Shown piece after piece: positions 52,755 through 64,000 of a stretch of 64,000 nt of DNA. Position 1 is the stretch's first letter. Each line of letters opens with the position of its first letter. The DNA is from Paramecium tetraurelia. Its lineage: Eukaryota. Under the pieces are notes generated by a model. It was not told where the DNA came from. It saw nothing but the letters and a program-made list of their open reading frames with translations, and searched no databases. The stretch covers positions 186,001 to 250,000 of the forward strand of contig CT868119.1 of the NCBI GenBank assembly GCA_000165425.1, read 5' to 3'. The position numbers and the translations under genes were made by a program.

Positions 52755-53763
52755 TCAAGTAAACTTGTATCCAATGTCTTCAATTATGCTAAATATTGAT
52801 CCTTATAATTTATTCACTTATTTTTTAAATTCTAAGTACTCCATGTAGTTTGAGATGTAAAATGCTAATGCAATAGTGCCATTCAATTATTTAAGTGGTT
52901 GGCACTTGAGATTGCACTCCATTTCAATTTTATTGCTTTCCTAGGTTTGATACATAATAATTTTACCTATACATAATGAGGGTCCATAAATATTGCATTG
53001 TTTTTTTGAAATCCTATGAGAAAGAATGCTTTATTATTTTTGCCAATTATTGCTCCGGCAAATTGTGAGATCTGCATATGTGATTACAAATTTTGAATTT
53101 CTAATTATCCTAATGATTTATCTCCTATAATAGCATGAATAATCAATAGATGAGGTTTTTTGAATGATAAATCAATTTGAGATTCCAAAACACATTATTC
53201 TAGAAAGTTAACTAGATTTATTTGTTTGATATTCATGTTATTTTTGTTTAGGTCTTCAATCACACTCATAATTTTAGGTCCTGTATACCAATCTCCAATT
53301 TTCATATTCAGATTGATGGATGCTCTTTTGATTATTTATTGGATAGAAAATGGAGCTATGGTCGAATATTCTTGATTATCATCGAATAAATGTATAATCA
53401 TAGCTTTGGTTTTATTAATGGCCAGAATTTTGCATTCTCTCATTAGAGCATTCTATCATATTTCATAGAATAATACTGCCAACATCATCTGACCAACTCG
53501 TACCAAACATCCCCATCCTTAATCTGATATTGCCTTCCCCTCAAACTAAATATTCGCTCTATAACAGAACCAAATGAGAGTGTCCTTCTTCTAATTAAAA
53601 GCTTCGGCATTCTGTATTTCCTAACCAAATATATACATCAGTTCATCAATCTTGATATCCTCACTCCACATTTTATCTAGTTGGAATGCTGTGTTGGTCC
53701 TAATTTATGACAAACTTACATCATTTGCATTAGGCTTTATCCAAATCCTTGCTTTTATTTCAT
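52755..53763 (-). CDS. ATG4: Autophagy cysteine protease ATG4 (peptidase C54)
   Basis: IWFCYR, SDQGWGCLVRVGQMMLA (catalytic Cys), WYTGP, FMDPHY (Asp/His). Confidence 0.93.
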
Positions 53764-53884
53764 TTGAATAATTTATATATATTAGTATACATAATATTGT
53801 TAATTAAAATTAAGTAGAATATAACCATTGTTTAATCTAATGAACAAATAAATTATGTTTATAGATGATATATATGGAATGGTT

Positions 53885-55104
53885 TCAATTTAATAAGCTG
53901 CTTTTTCCAAAAGAAGCTAATTTTGATTAACTCATCGACTGGGATTGTTGGAGATTACCATTGTTGTGTTATATTTATCGAAGAATATAAGGATTTTAAA
54001 TTTGGCTAGGATTAGGATTTGTTAATGGGTTGTAGATATTCGACTAAGAAACTTCAGTGTTTAGGTTTCCACTGCTTTGACTTTGAGATTAGCTCTAGAA
54101 ATAATAAACTTAATAAAGTACCAATGATGATAACTGTGTATGGTATTGTTATTGTATTTCCCTCTTTCTTAATCGATCTAATCTTTGTTATTCTTCAAAT
54201 AATAGGGAAGCTTGCAATATTTCTTATTTTCTTTGTTCTTTCACATTATCTTCCTGTTTCTTCTTTTCATTTTACTCATATATCTGATTGGCCAATCCAT
54301 TTTAATACATTTCTTTCTATTTTTACTATATTGATCTTCGAGTTAAGTATTCTGTCTCCTCTTTGTCTTATCTTTCTTTCACTTGCTTATTGATCATCTA
54401 ATCAAGGTACAACTTCGGATTATCAACCTTTTATCTATAGATGTCTTATAAAGCATTTTATCTTTCTGACAATTTCTGGTAATACTAATTATGTTTGGAA
54501 TTAAGTTACATTTCTATATGAATCTTCCTATTTTTAAATTCGAAGCGATTCATTTTAGGTTTGCTCTTTATAAATTAATTATTCGAATTCTTTGTCCTTC
54601 TTCTCTTTTTCTTTTCTTTATTGCAATTCTTTCATTTATTATTCAACAATCTATTTTTACATTTCTCTCTTCTATCTTCTCATTTGTTCTTCCAATGACA
54701 ATCCATTTATTGCATTGTTGATTATATCATTCTCTATTTTCAGCGTTTCTTGTTTCTAATAAAATACAATAATATCATACCTTCTCATCAATTATTAGTT
54801 TCTGATGATTCAAAATGAGATGGTTCTGTTACTGCAAATTTTATTTCATGGTTTCTTTATTCTATATTTATTAAAACTTTTCTTCTCCTTGCTTTTTACG
54901 TATCAATTGAATTTATTCCTCATCTTCCCTTTACTTTTACAGCTGTAACTCCTTTTTTCTTTGTTCTTACAATTGCGTCTACTCAACCAGTTGCTATTTC
55001 ATAATCTCCTATTTCATCAGTCTCACCTGCTTCTCCTCATCTCTCAACTTTCTATTCATATCAAATTCCTTGTATCCATCATAATTGTTTTGTGATAAAA
55101 TCAT
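53885..55104 (-). CDS. Hypothetical E/Q/R/K-rich coiled-coil protein
   Basis: MILSQNNYDGYKEFDMNRKLRDEEKQVRLMKQEIMKQQL... ending FGKSSLLN-TGA. Confidence 0.65.
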
Positions 55105-55539
55105 AAATTAATAAATAATGTTCAAATTAATCGACTGAAATATATATCAACTTTAAATATCCTCATTCCTTTTCAACAAGATACCTCCTAATCAAATCTA
55201 TGTATGCGATTATCTATATTCCATATACTATTCATTTATTTATAATCCCAAACTCTTGATTACAGTTTCAAGTAAATAATAATAAAACTACCTTTCTTAT
55301 TAAATTACATTACTGCTTTATCTACATTTAGTGAAATGAAACCACATCAGGGTATCTTTCCTATTGATTTATGATGTGATTGTCAAGCTTATTTTGATTG
55401 TTGATAAAATTAGGTAATATATAAATTAATTCAAAAAAAGTCAAGAAATTTGAATCATTTGAAAAACTTACCTTGTTTTTTTTTAATTTAAACTCAGTAA
55501 TTGCATTATGTTGGTATATAATCACTAATTTATATATAA

Positions 55540-56717
55540 ATGAATAAATATTAGCTTAGTTTCAAAGATAAAGAGATAGAGCAAATGTATTAGACTAAGT
55601 AGCATAATGAATTAAGAATATTAACTCTGAATATTATTTCGATAGGTCTCTTTGTTAATTATTTTGTCATCTCCTTGAATTCTGTGATAATGAACAGATT
55701 TGACTTTCTATTTTGGAAATTACTAATGATGGCCTACATGTTGGTTCAATACTACGCTGTGAACAAATATCCTCGACTTTTACGATTGGCTTTTATTCTC
55801 ACAAATCATCTGAATAGTATATTATACATATTTGCATCGGACGATTAATACACCCACGAATTCGACATCATAAAGGGTGCCAATTAAATGGGAATGGAAA
55901 TTATAATAGTATTGTCAGGGGAATTTTTGGACGCAGTTTTTTCGATCCTAAGCTTAAATCTCATACGAGTCATCTATGGTATTATGCACAGTGACATCCA
56001 ATTTTACATACCCCATGTCACAACTGCAATACTTATAATATACTTTGTATTTTTCTTCTACAAATTCCACTATGCAAGGAGATCCCAATTTTTATTAACT
56101 CTAATAGACTCATAATGGGATAATATTTTGTCTAACTTGATTCGGAAACAGTCTTATGTAATTTTTACATTTGAAGAAGACTAATTGCACTACTCCATCA
56201 AATAAATCAATAATTGTGGACAATTCTTCTTTTAGAATCAAGACGTTTTTTCGTTTTTAAGGGAATCCAATTACTAAGGAAAAACAGTAGAGTCAATCAT
56301 TTTGTAGGATATCAAATTATTTTAAATCAATCACCAAAAAAGAATGAACATTGATCTCATTTGCTAATTTCACAAGGAAATATTCCATATCTAATACTCC
56401 ATCTACTCAGGTTAGAATCCAACAATTTTAATAATTTTCAAATAACACAGCATGTCTAGGAGGAAGTACAAACTAAGCAATTTCGATTAGACCTACAATA
56501 ATTTTGTGACCCTATTTCTGAAGGTATTGAATAATATAACTCCAACATAACCAAAGTACTAGGAGTATATACAAATTAAAAGACAATTGTTTCTCTTTAA
56601 GTTATTGAACTTTATTTAAGAACGTTAATTCAATTAAAAATTGGTCAACTTGAGTTAAAACTTGGCGAGTATGGCATCCTTATATCCCGAAAAGAAGATA
56701 TTTTACGAAAGTGTTGA
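55540..56717 (+). CDS. Hypothetical multi-pass membrane protein
   Basis: MNKYQLSFKDKEIEQMY followed by several hydrophobic helices and a cytosolic tail. Confidence 0.6.
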
Positions 56718-57544
56718 TGGTTCCCATTAAATAAAAACGATATCAAATATTTTATATTTTTTCTAAATGATTGTATTGGAGAATTCAATAGGTAGAGGAG
56801 TCAAAATCCAATACAAATCTTAGTAGTAGATATATACTCTCACATTTTTTGGCAGTTTCAATTTTAATAAACTAAAATTTGTTGTCTCTAAATTATCCTA
56901 CCCTCTAAAAATGATATTTTATAAATTTAATATTACAGCCTAAAGTAAGGATTAATTATTAATTTAGGAATTACCTGCGAATTTCATTAGGAACCGCTAA
57001 TACCATTTACGAAGTTGCATGTCAGTAAATATCATTGTAATTGAAATGTACTTAAATTAAATGTATTGAAATTCAATTTATATAAATGAAATTATAGTAT
57101 TTAGTATTTTGAATAATCTCGATAATCTATACTTATGTTGAAGTAAGATAATTCTTTTTTTCTAGAGTTATTTGATTATCATATTATCATATCAGAATAG
57201 AATAGGATGTTATATATATTTAGAAGTTTCCAATATTAAATAACATAAAATAAATCAAATGAATATCATTTTCTTTAAGATATTTCAATTTTAATTTTGA
57301 ATAATTGATTTCCCAGTCTCAACCGATTTGATTTTTTAATTTGTAATTAATTCAAAGAGTTGTACAATTAAGTACTCCTAATTAGAGATATTACTATGAG
57401 CGATCTTGTATAATTGGATGAGTTTCTAAGTAGTTGAGGCTGAGGGAATGATGTAGAAGAGTGTGCTTGTAAGCAGAATTGGATGATATGGGTATATTGG
57501 ATAATAATTTAAAAATAAATTAAAGATTTTAATTATTATTTGAA

Positions 57545-57998
57545 ATGACCAAAAAGACTAAGAAGGTTGGAATCACAGGAAAATATGGTACAAGATATGG
57601 TGCATCATTGAGAAAGATTATTAAGAAGTTCGAAATTTCATAGCACTAAAGATACTTCAATACATTTACTGGAGCCGTACGAATTTGATTTAGCAATTAG
57701 CATTCACTCAAAAGATAAGCTATTGGTATTTGGAGATGCACATAGACTGGTTTATAAATTGCTGGTGGTGCTTGGGAAGTCAAGTAATATTAATAACAAT
57801 CATAGTACTCCTGCTGGATTATCTGCAAAATAAGGCATGTTGAGAATCAAGAAATTGAAGGAGGATGCTGAAGTTGAAGTCAAAGATGAGAAGAAGGAAC
57901 AAAAGAAGCAATAACCTAAGGAATAATAAAAGGAATAACACAAGGAGAAGGAAACTAAGAAACCTCAACCTAAAAAATAATAAGCTAAGAAACAATGA
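57545..57998 (+). CDS. RPL37A: 60S ribosomal protein L37a (eL43), zinc ligands mostly lost, K/E/Q-rich C-terminal extension
   Basis: [40 protein letters not shown]; two tiny introns. Confidence 0.95.
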
Positions 57999-58036
57999 GT
58001 ATATTAATACAATAAATAATAATAATTTAAAATAAT

Positions 58037-58443
58037 ATGAATAAATTAGTATCTACATTAGTTAGGAGTATGCAAACTCAGGTGCCTCTTTACTCTTATC
58101 ATTTCCCCAATGGATCAGTCTACAATAATGTATTCTAGTGACATTAAATTTAGCCAGCGGTGACAGCCAAGAGAATAATCAAGGTTGTCGGAGAAAGATT
58201 AAGAAAAATAGATCCTGAAAGAGTATTTATTGAAATCATTAACCCTTTTAGTGGGAATCGATTCCAATCACATTCAATACCAATTGGAATGATGCTGCAG
58301 GATATGTCGATGTCGCTACATGTATTCATATTCACGATGCCCTTGAAAAAGAATTTGGAATTGAAATCAAGGACAGAGCCTTCTTGGTTTCGAGTATTGA
58401 AACAGCATTCTATATCGTAAACATTCATCACGATAGTCATTGA
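58037..58443 (+). CDS. Mitochondrial acyl-carrier-like protein without the phosphopantetheine Ser (COXAC-like)
   Basis: Presequence-like N-terminus; ITFNTNWNDAAGYVDVATCIHIHDALEKEFGIEIKD..SSIETA has the ACP pattern but no DSL motif. Confidence 0.65.
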
Positions 58444-58484
58444 CACAATATCAAATAAAATAAATTAAAAACATAATTATATTT

Positions 58485-59398
58485 ATGTCATAATAACTAT
58501 TTAAGGCTTATTTTCAATCCATTAGTCATACTTTCAAGGATCTCCCAAAAGGCAACTTCTATTGGCGATTCTTCAAAAGAGATTTGGGTAGAATTATCAA
58601 TATGCCATGTCCAGTTGACAGTCCCAATTAAGAGGCTGACATCGTAATTTTTAAGGAATTAAGAGCTTAAATTGGCATCTCAGAAGAAAATGTTTGTTCT
58701 AATTGCCCTTTTAATGCTAAGTGTGTAAAAGCGTTTTAGTAGTTTGATACTGGTAATATGCAAAATTTGCTTCTTCCCAATCTCTCTAGATTCTTAGAAT
58801 AAATCAGTCTTTATAATTTGAATATGTATCAATTACTAATTAAATAAGTCAAAACTTGGATGATTCCAAAAGCTTTTGGTTAGCAAGCAATAGAATTCTA
58901 GATACTTTTCATGCTATTCTAATTGACTTTTAAAAAAATTAGAACTAGATTAATCAGCTATTTCTATAGGATTAATAAAATGATTCCGATGTCGACACTA
59001 ACAAATATTCTAAACAAACCTAAAAATCGGAAAAATATTATAGGGCTGCTGATTTTTTGAATGAAAATCAAAATAATGAATAACCTTCTGAAGAACATGA
59101 AAAAGTAAGTTCAAAATATGAGAATATTAAACCTAAGAACTCCTTTAAGGATAATCAAAAATTTAACAAAAAGAGTAAGAGTAGTAGTCCAAATAGAAAT
59201 TACTATGAAGGAAAGAAATCTAAGAGTGAAAGATAACATAGAGAATATGATAATAACTAAGATCATATAGATTAGGTAAGATCAGAAAATAAAAAGGAGA
59301 TCTCTTTTAATAAAGAGACATAAAAGAAAGAGAAGGCAATCAAAATAAAAAATGAAAAATAGATTAAAAAAAATATGAAATTTCGTATTGCTTAATGA
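58485..59398 (+). CDS. Hypothetical Cys-motif protein with charged C-terminal tail
   Basis: MPCPVDSPNQEADIVIFKELRAQIGISEENVCSNCPFNAKCVKAF; one intron. Confidence 0.6.
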
Positions 59399-59418
59399 GG
59401 TTGATTCAAATATTACAT

Positions 59419-62400
59419 TCATTCATTATTTTAATTTACCAATCTAACAAACCATCCATTCATTTACATAAGTTCTTCATATGATCCCAATTCAACGATC
59501 TCTCCCTTCTCCAGTACCACAATTCTATCGTATTACTGAATATTTTCTAATCTATGAGTAATAACAAGTAATGTCCTATTATCATTTTAGACGTAATCAA
59601 ATAATGTCTTATGTAATTCTTCATCTGTTTTTGGATCCATGTTTGAAGTGGCTTCATCCAAACAAACAATATCCTTATTTTATAGGATGACCCTCATAAA
59701 ATTGATAACTTATTTTTCACCATTTGATAGGTTGCCTCCAGATTTAGCAATCATGAAATTAATATTAGTTGAGGATTACTAACTTTCCTCCAAACTTGAA
59801 CTATTAGTCTTATTTGAATCCTCCATGATCCCTCTTATCCTAAATTATGTATTGTTGAATGCTTGCTCAATTTATTGATCTGTTAATCTTCCTTGAGGAT
59901 CAATGTTATCTCTGAGAGTAGCATTATACAAAAATCCAAATTAAGGCACTATTGATAATAATTGTCTCACATCTCTCAATTACATGTTTTAAATCTAAAA
60001 TATAATAAGATTCATAAAATACATCATGTCCATTTATGAATATTTGTCCTTGTTGGAAATCATACAATCGGAATAAAATGTTTAGAATGGATGTTTTGCC
60101 TGATCCAGTTCTACCCACAAAGGCAACTTTCTCTCCTTTTTTAATAAAGAGAGAAAAGTTCTTTAAAGCATACTTGACACTTTGGCTTTGTAAGACATCA
60201 TCATAAGTAATGGTGACATCATTGAACACTATAGCAAATTAGTTTGGATCGACATTTTATGGTTTAGGTGGTACTTGTTGTCTAATAATTGATTGGACTT
60301 ATGGATTAATTTTGACAACACTGTCATATTACTCTTAAGGATTATTAAAGTATTATCTAATTCTTTCAACTGAAACCATTTTAGCTTCACTCTAGGTGAA
60401 CCAATTCATTGTATCATTGAATTCATTAGCTATAAGTACAGCATATGTTAAGGTCATAGCACAAGTGGCATAATCAATTTCGATATTAAACAACATCATA
60501 AAGATGATGGTGATTGAAACAGATAAGAAGATCAAGTTACTTAATAAGTGTAATCTTACAGACAACCAGTAACTAACTCTTCTACTATTTACCAAAGAGC
60601 AAATAGATTCAGTTAATTTGACTATGTATTCCTGAATAAAGTATTATTGTTTCTCAAATGCCCTTATTGTTCTTAAGCCTCCAGTAGTTTCAGTGAGATG
60701 GGATATAACTTTGCCTTCATTTGTTGATTGGATTCTCTTAAGATCTCGATTACTTTTTCTAAAGTATTTTTACAGCCATCTAAATGCAAAGATTTCAATG
60801 ATAATAATCACAATCAACCATGGAAAGAGAATGATGATTCCGATAGGATAGCCTATGCATGCGAGTAATGACATAATGAGCACTTCAACGTACCAAGGTA
60901 GTTCATCATCTACAACCAAAGTATCATTGGATATCCTATTGATAATTCTACCTTAAGCATTGTTATCAAAGAATATCATTTTTGAATTCATAATACTTTG
61001 ATTTAATTTTTTGAATGTTCTCCACCCACTTAATAAGATACAGATTTTCATAATACCACCACTTACGAATGTGATCATCACTATGATGGCAATCAACCAA
61101 GAGAATTTACTATTAAATGAGGTTCCAAACCAATCATCAAAAAAGTCAAATGTGTGATTATCAATACTGATCTATGCTCTAATCCAAAAATCAATCATAT
61201 TTCTACTCAACATCAAAACAACAGATAACAAGATTGCTAATATTACTAATGCATATCCCATTTAAGATATATAATATAAAACAGTATCTCCAGCAATCTC
61301 ACCAGATTCCCTTTCTTCCTCTTCTGCTTCGTTTTTCTTTGCACCTTCTGTTTAATTATTCTCCATTTAATCTAAATCAATCTCTTGTGATTATCTCACT
61401 TTGACTTTTTCATGGATCATCTTCTTTTCTTCTTTCTCTTCTTTCTCCAATTTCTCCTATTCTAATTGATGTTGTTTCTCCTTCTCCTGAGACATAAAGT
61501 CATTTAATAGCTATTCATCTTCGCAAATTTAACCATCAATCATGTATATGATATTGCATTTATTGTACATCTCAATGAATCTGAATTAGGAAGTGATCAT
61601 CAAAATGGTTTTTCCTTAATCCAATAACATCTATTTAATTCCTTTATTGAACACATTATCAGCCACATGCATATCTAATGAAGAGAATATATCATCCATT
61701 AAATAGATATCACAATTCTGGTACAAGGCTCTGCACAATGAAATTCTTTGCTTCTATCCTCCACTAATATTCTTAGCATCTGGTCCTAGTATATATTGAT
61801 CTCTTTTGGGGAATGTAAGTAAATCTGGCATCAAATCACAAGCAGCTATACATTGCTTATACAATTATTTATCATAAGTTCTACCAAACAAAATGTTATC
61901 TCTTATTGACATGTTCTATAACCAATGATTCTAACTAACATAAGCGACACTCCCTTTCACTTTCAAACTACTTTGATTCTACTCTTTTATTTCCATCTCA
62001 TTTAAAATTGCATTCAATAAAGCTGTCTTTCCACATCCAATCCTACCAATTATCATGTTGAGAGTATTCTTCCTTATTTTCAGTTCTGCCAACCTCAATT
62101 AGAATGTCTCACTATCATTGGAATTACTCTCCTTCGTTGGCCATTTGAATTTAATCTAAGGTATCTCTATTACATATTCTTCTCCGATACAATTTTTATA
62201 TCTAATTATTTCTTCCTCATTGATTTCCTTAAGGTCTAAATAAGTTTTAATACGCTTGTAGGAAACAGTCGTATTGATTAGTTGGTTAACTGAATAAGGA
62301 ATCACTCCCAAAGGAAATGTCAATAAATTAAATAAGGCTATAATTGTGAAGACGTTAGTTGATTTCAATGCATCCTCTCCATTTTCTTTCACATAACTGG

Positions 62401-63566
62401 ACAAGAAGAAGTAGAGCAATATGTAACTGATACTACTCCATTGGACATTATTTATAATATCTATTATTTTCTACCACCTGATATATCCAAATTCTTTTTC
62501 TCTGATTGCCAAGATTTTATCATTGAAAGTTTGTTCCCATGAAAGATATTTTATTTGTTTCATCCCCTCAATGACATCCGAAGACAATGCTAATCTGCTA
62601 TCCTTTTGGACCAAAGCCTTTCTATAAAACATCTATAAACAAACTGGATAAATTATTTACAATTGTCAAAGTAGTTGTAAAGGAATTAAATATAACCACA
62701 CAGCCCAGTACTATTAAACCAGTCCAAACAGCATTCCCTAATTTAAGGTACAACATGTACAAGGCTATACTGATAGTCACCAAAGATGAAGATACTAATA
62801 CGTATTATAATTTAAATTACATCCAAAAACACCCCAATATATACCGGAGAGTTCTTCGATATCAACTGTCAACAAATTGTTAACGTTGGCTACATACTCC
62901 TCATCTCCATCCTTTTTATCCTTCATTTCTTTTTGCACTGTTTCCTAAAGATACTTTGTTCTTAAGGCCTTTTAATAAATCAGATATTGCCCAACTATTT
63001 TTAATAATGTCGTAAATTAGTTTTAATAATTGTTCGAAATTGACTCCAAGTAAGTTCCAAATGTATAAACAATTGTCATTGTCAATAACAATAAAATGGG
63101 TTTCAAGATTTTGTGTTCGTCTTCGGGATCGTTATAGTCCTTGATTGAATCAGTGACTTTATCTAATAAGTACACCGATCCGATTTGAATTGCTTTGTCC
63201 AAAAAGTTTAGCAATCCTATAAATATGAACTTCCCCATAAACAAGGACTTAAATATGTAAAAGGTAGGAGTTTGATATTCCCTCTCCAGACTAATATTAT
63301 TCTTTTTTCTCCTCTCTAACTCATTTAATTATATCCTACAATTCAATTATGTTTTACCTCTCAACTAGATCTATTGCCTTTTGAGGTTTTAAATTAGGCT
63401 CTAAAAAGTATTGCAAATCCGTATTCTCAAGTTGATCCGATTTCCTATTTATTAGTTCAATCAAAGGAGTAATGTTGGTGAATAAAAAATTGCATTCCTT
63501 GAAGTTCTCATGGCCGAGCAAAGACTCCTAATACTCACTTTCATCCTGTATCCCAACTCTCTTCAT
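59419..63566 (-). CDS. ABC transporter, subfamily C (MRP-like, TMD-NBD-TMD-NBD)
   Basis: NBD1 [26 protein letters not shown]2 [34 protein letters not shown] motif [10 protein letters not shown]. Confidence 0.95.
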
Positions 63567-64000
63567 TTTAGTTAAATTTTAAATCAATAATAAAATTAAA
63601 TTAATCAATTCTCAAAAATATGCGGAATCGTTTATGTAACACTTACAATGTAATAATACCTGTTAATTCTACAATTAATATTTTAAATTCAGGACACTTC
63701 ATACCTGAAAAATTAAAATAATTTAAGGTTTGATTTAAGTAAAAATAATTATACCTTTAATTCAAAGTTTTAAATAAGTTAAAAATTAAATGATAATTTT
63801 TAATAAATTGAATACCGTCTTAATAATTCCATTTCAAAATTGTAATAACAATTCAAATGAAATATATTATATTTGAATGATAATATATCTGGAGACTAAG
63901 TTTAATTCAACCATCTTAATCTTGATTCCAGATGGAGTGCATACTGATGGATTTATTTTAAAATGTCTTATACTTGATTTCTAAATATTAAAGAACAACT

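Noticed and set aside
54019..54721. Hydrophobic plus-strand ORFs in the track
   Set aside because: Antisense shadows of the E/K/Q-rich minus-strand gene.
1..64000. Apparent widespread premature TAA/TAG stops and fragmented ORFs
   Set aside because: Explained by the ciliate code (TAA/TAG = Gln, seen at conserved Gln sites in CCT7 and RPS9) and by tiny introns.
1..64000. CRISPR arrays, rRNA/tRNA genes, retained IESs or prokaryotic systems
   Set aside because: None recognisable by eye; intact genes are uninterrupted apart from tiny introns, consistent with rearranged macronuclear DNA.

Overview
AT-rich, gene-dense eukaryotic DNA that reads as a Paramecium macronuclear scaffold. Evidence: TAA/TAG behave as Gln (ciliate code, table 6) with TGA the only stop, introns are tiny (about 20-30 nt, GT..AG), and there is a mixed C4A2/C3A3 telomeric tract. 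The supplied ORF track uses the standard code and so fragments nearly every gene; I re-translated by hand, so boundaries are approximate. The window holds two 150-N gaps, a telomere that cuts into an ORF, and about 40 genes or gene remnants. Recognisable ones: two GH20 hexosaminidases, a VWA protein, CFAP95- and CFAP107-like ciliary proteins, a calpain, importin-9, RPS9, a Qc-SNARE, a Mic10-like protein, acylphosphatase, an HP1-like protein, DnaJ, TFIIS, a RAP1/TERF2IP-like protein, CCT7, a small Tim, UQCRQ, a cyclin, FAM135, MVD, a BI-1-like protein, ATG4, eL43, an ACP-like protein and an ABCC transporter. Most notable: (1) a Myb + RAP1 C-terminal-domain protein within an HP1-like/TFIIS block; (2) an ATGA stop/start overlap between two nuclear genes; (3) an in-frame UGA in UQCRQ; (4) a calpain with a Ser-His-Asn triad; (5) an eL43 lacking its zinc ligands; (6) a frameshifted sterol reductase. 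Family calls rest on motifs recalled from memory, not on database searches.
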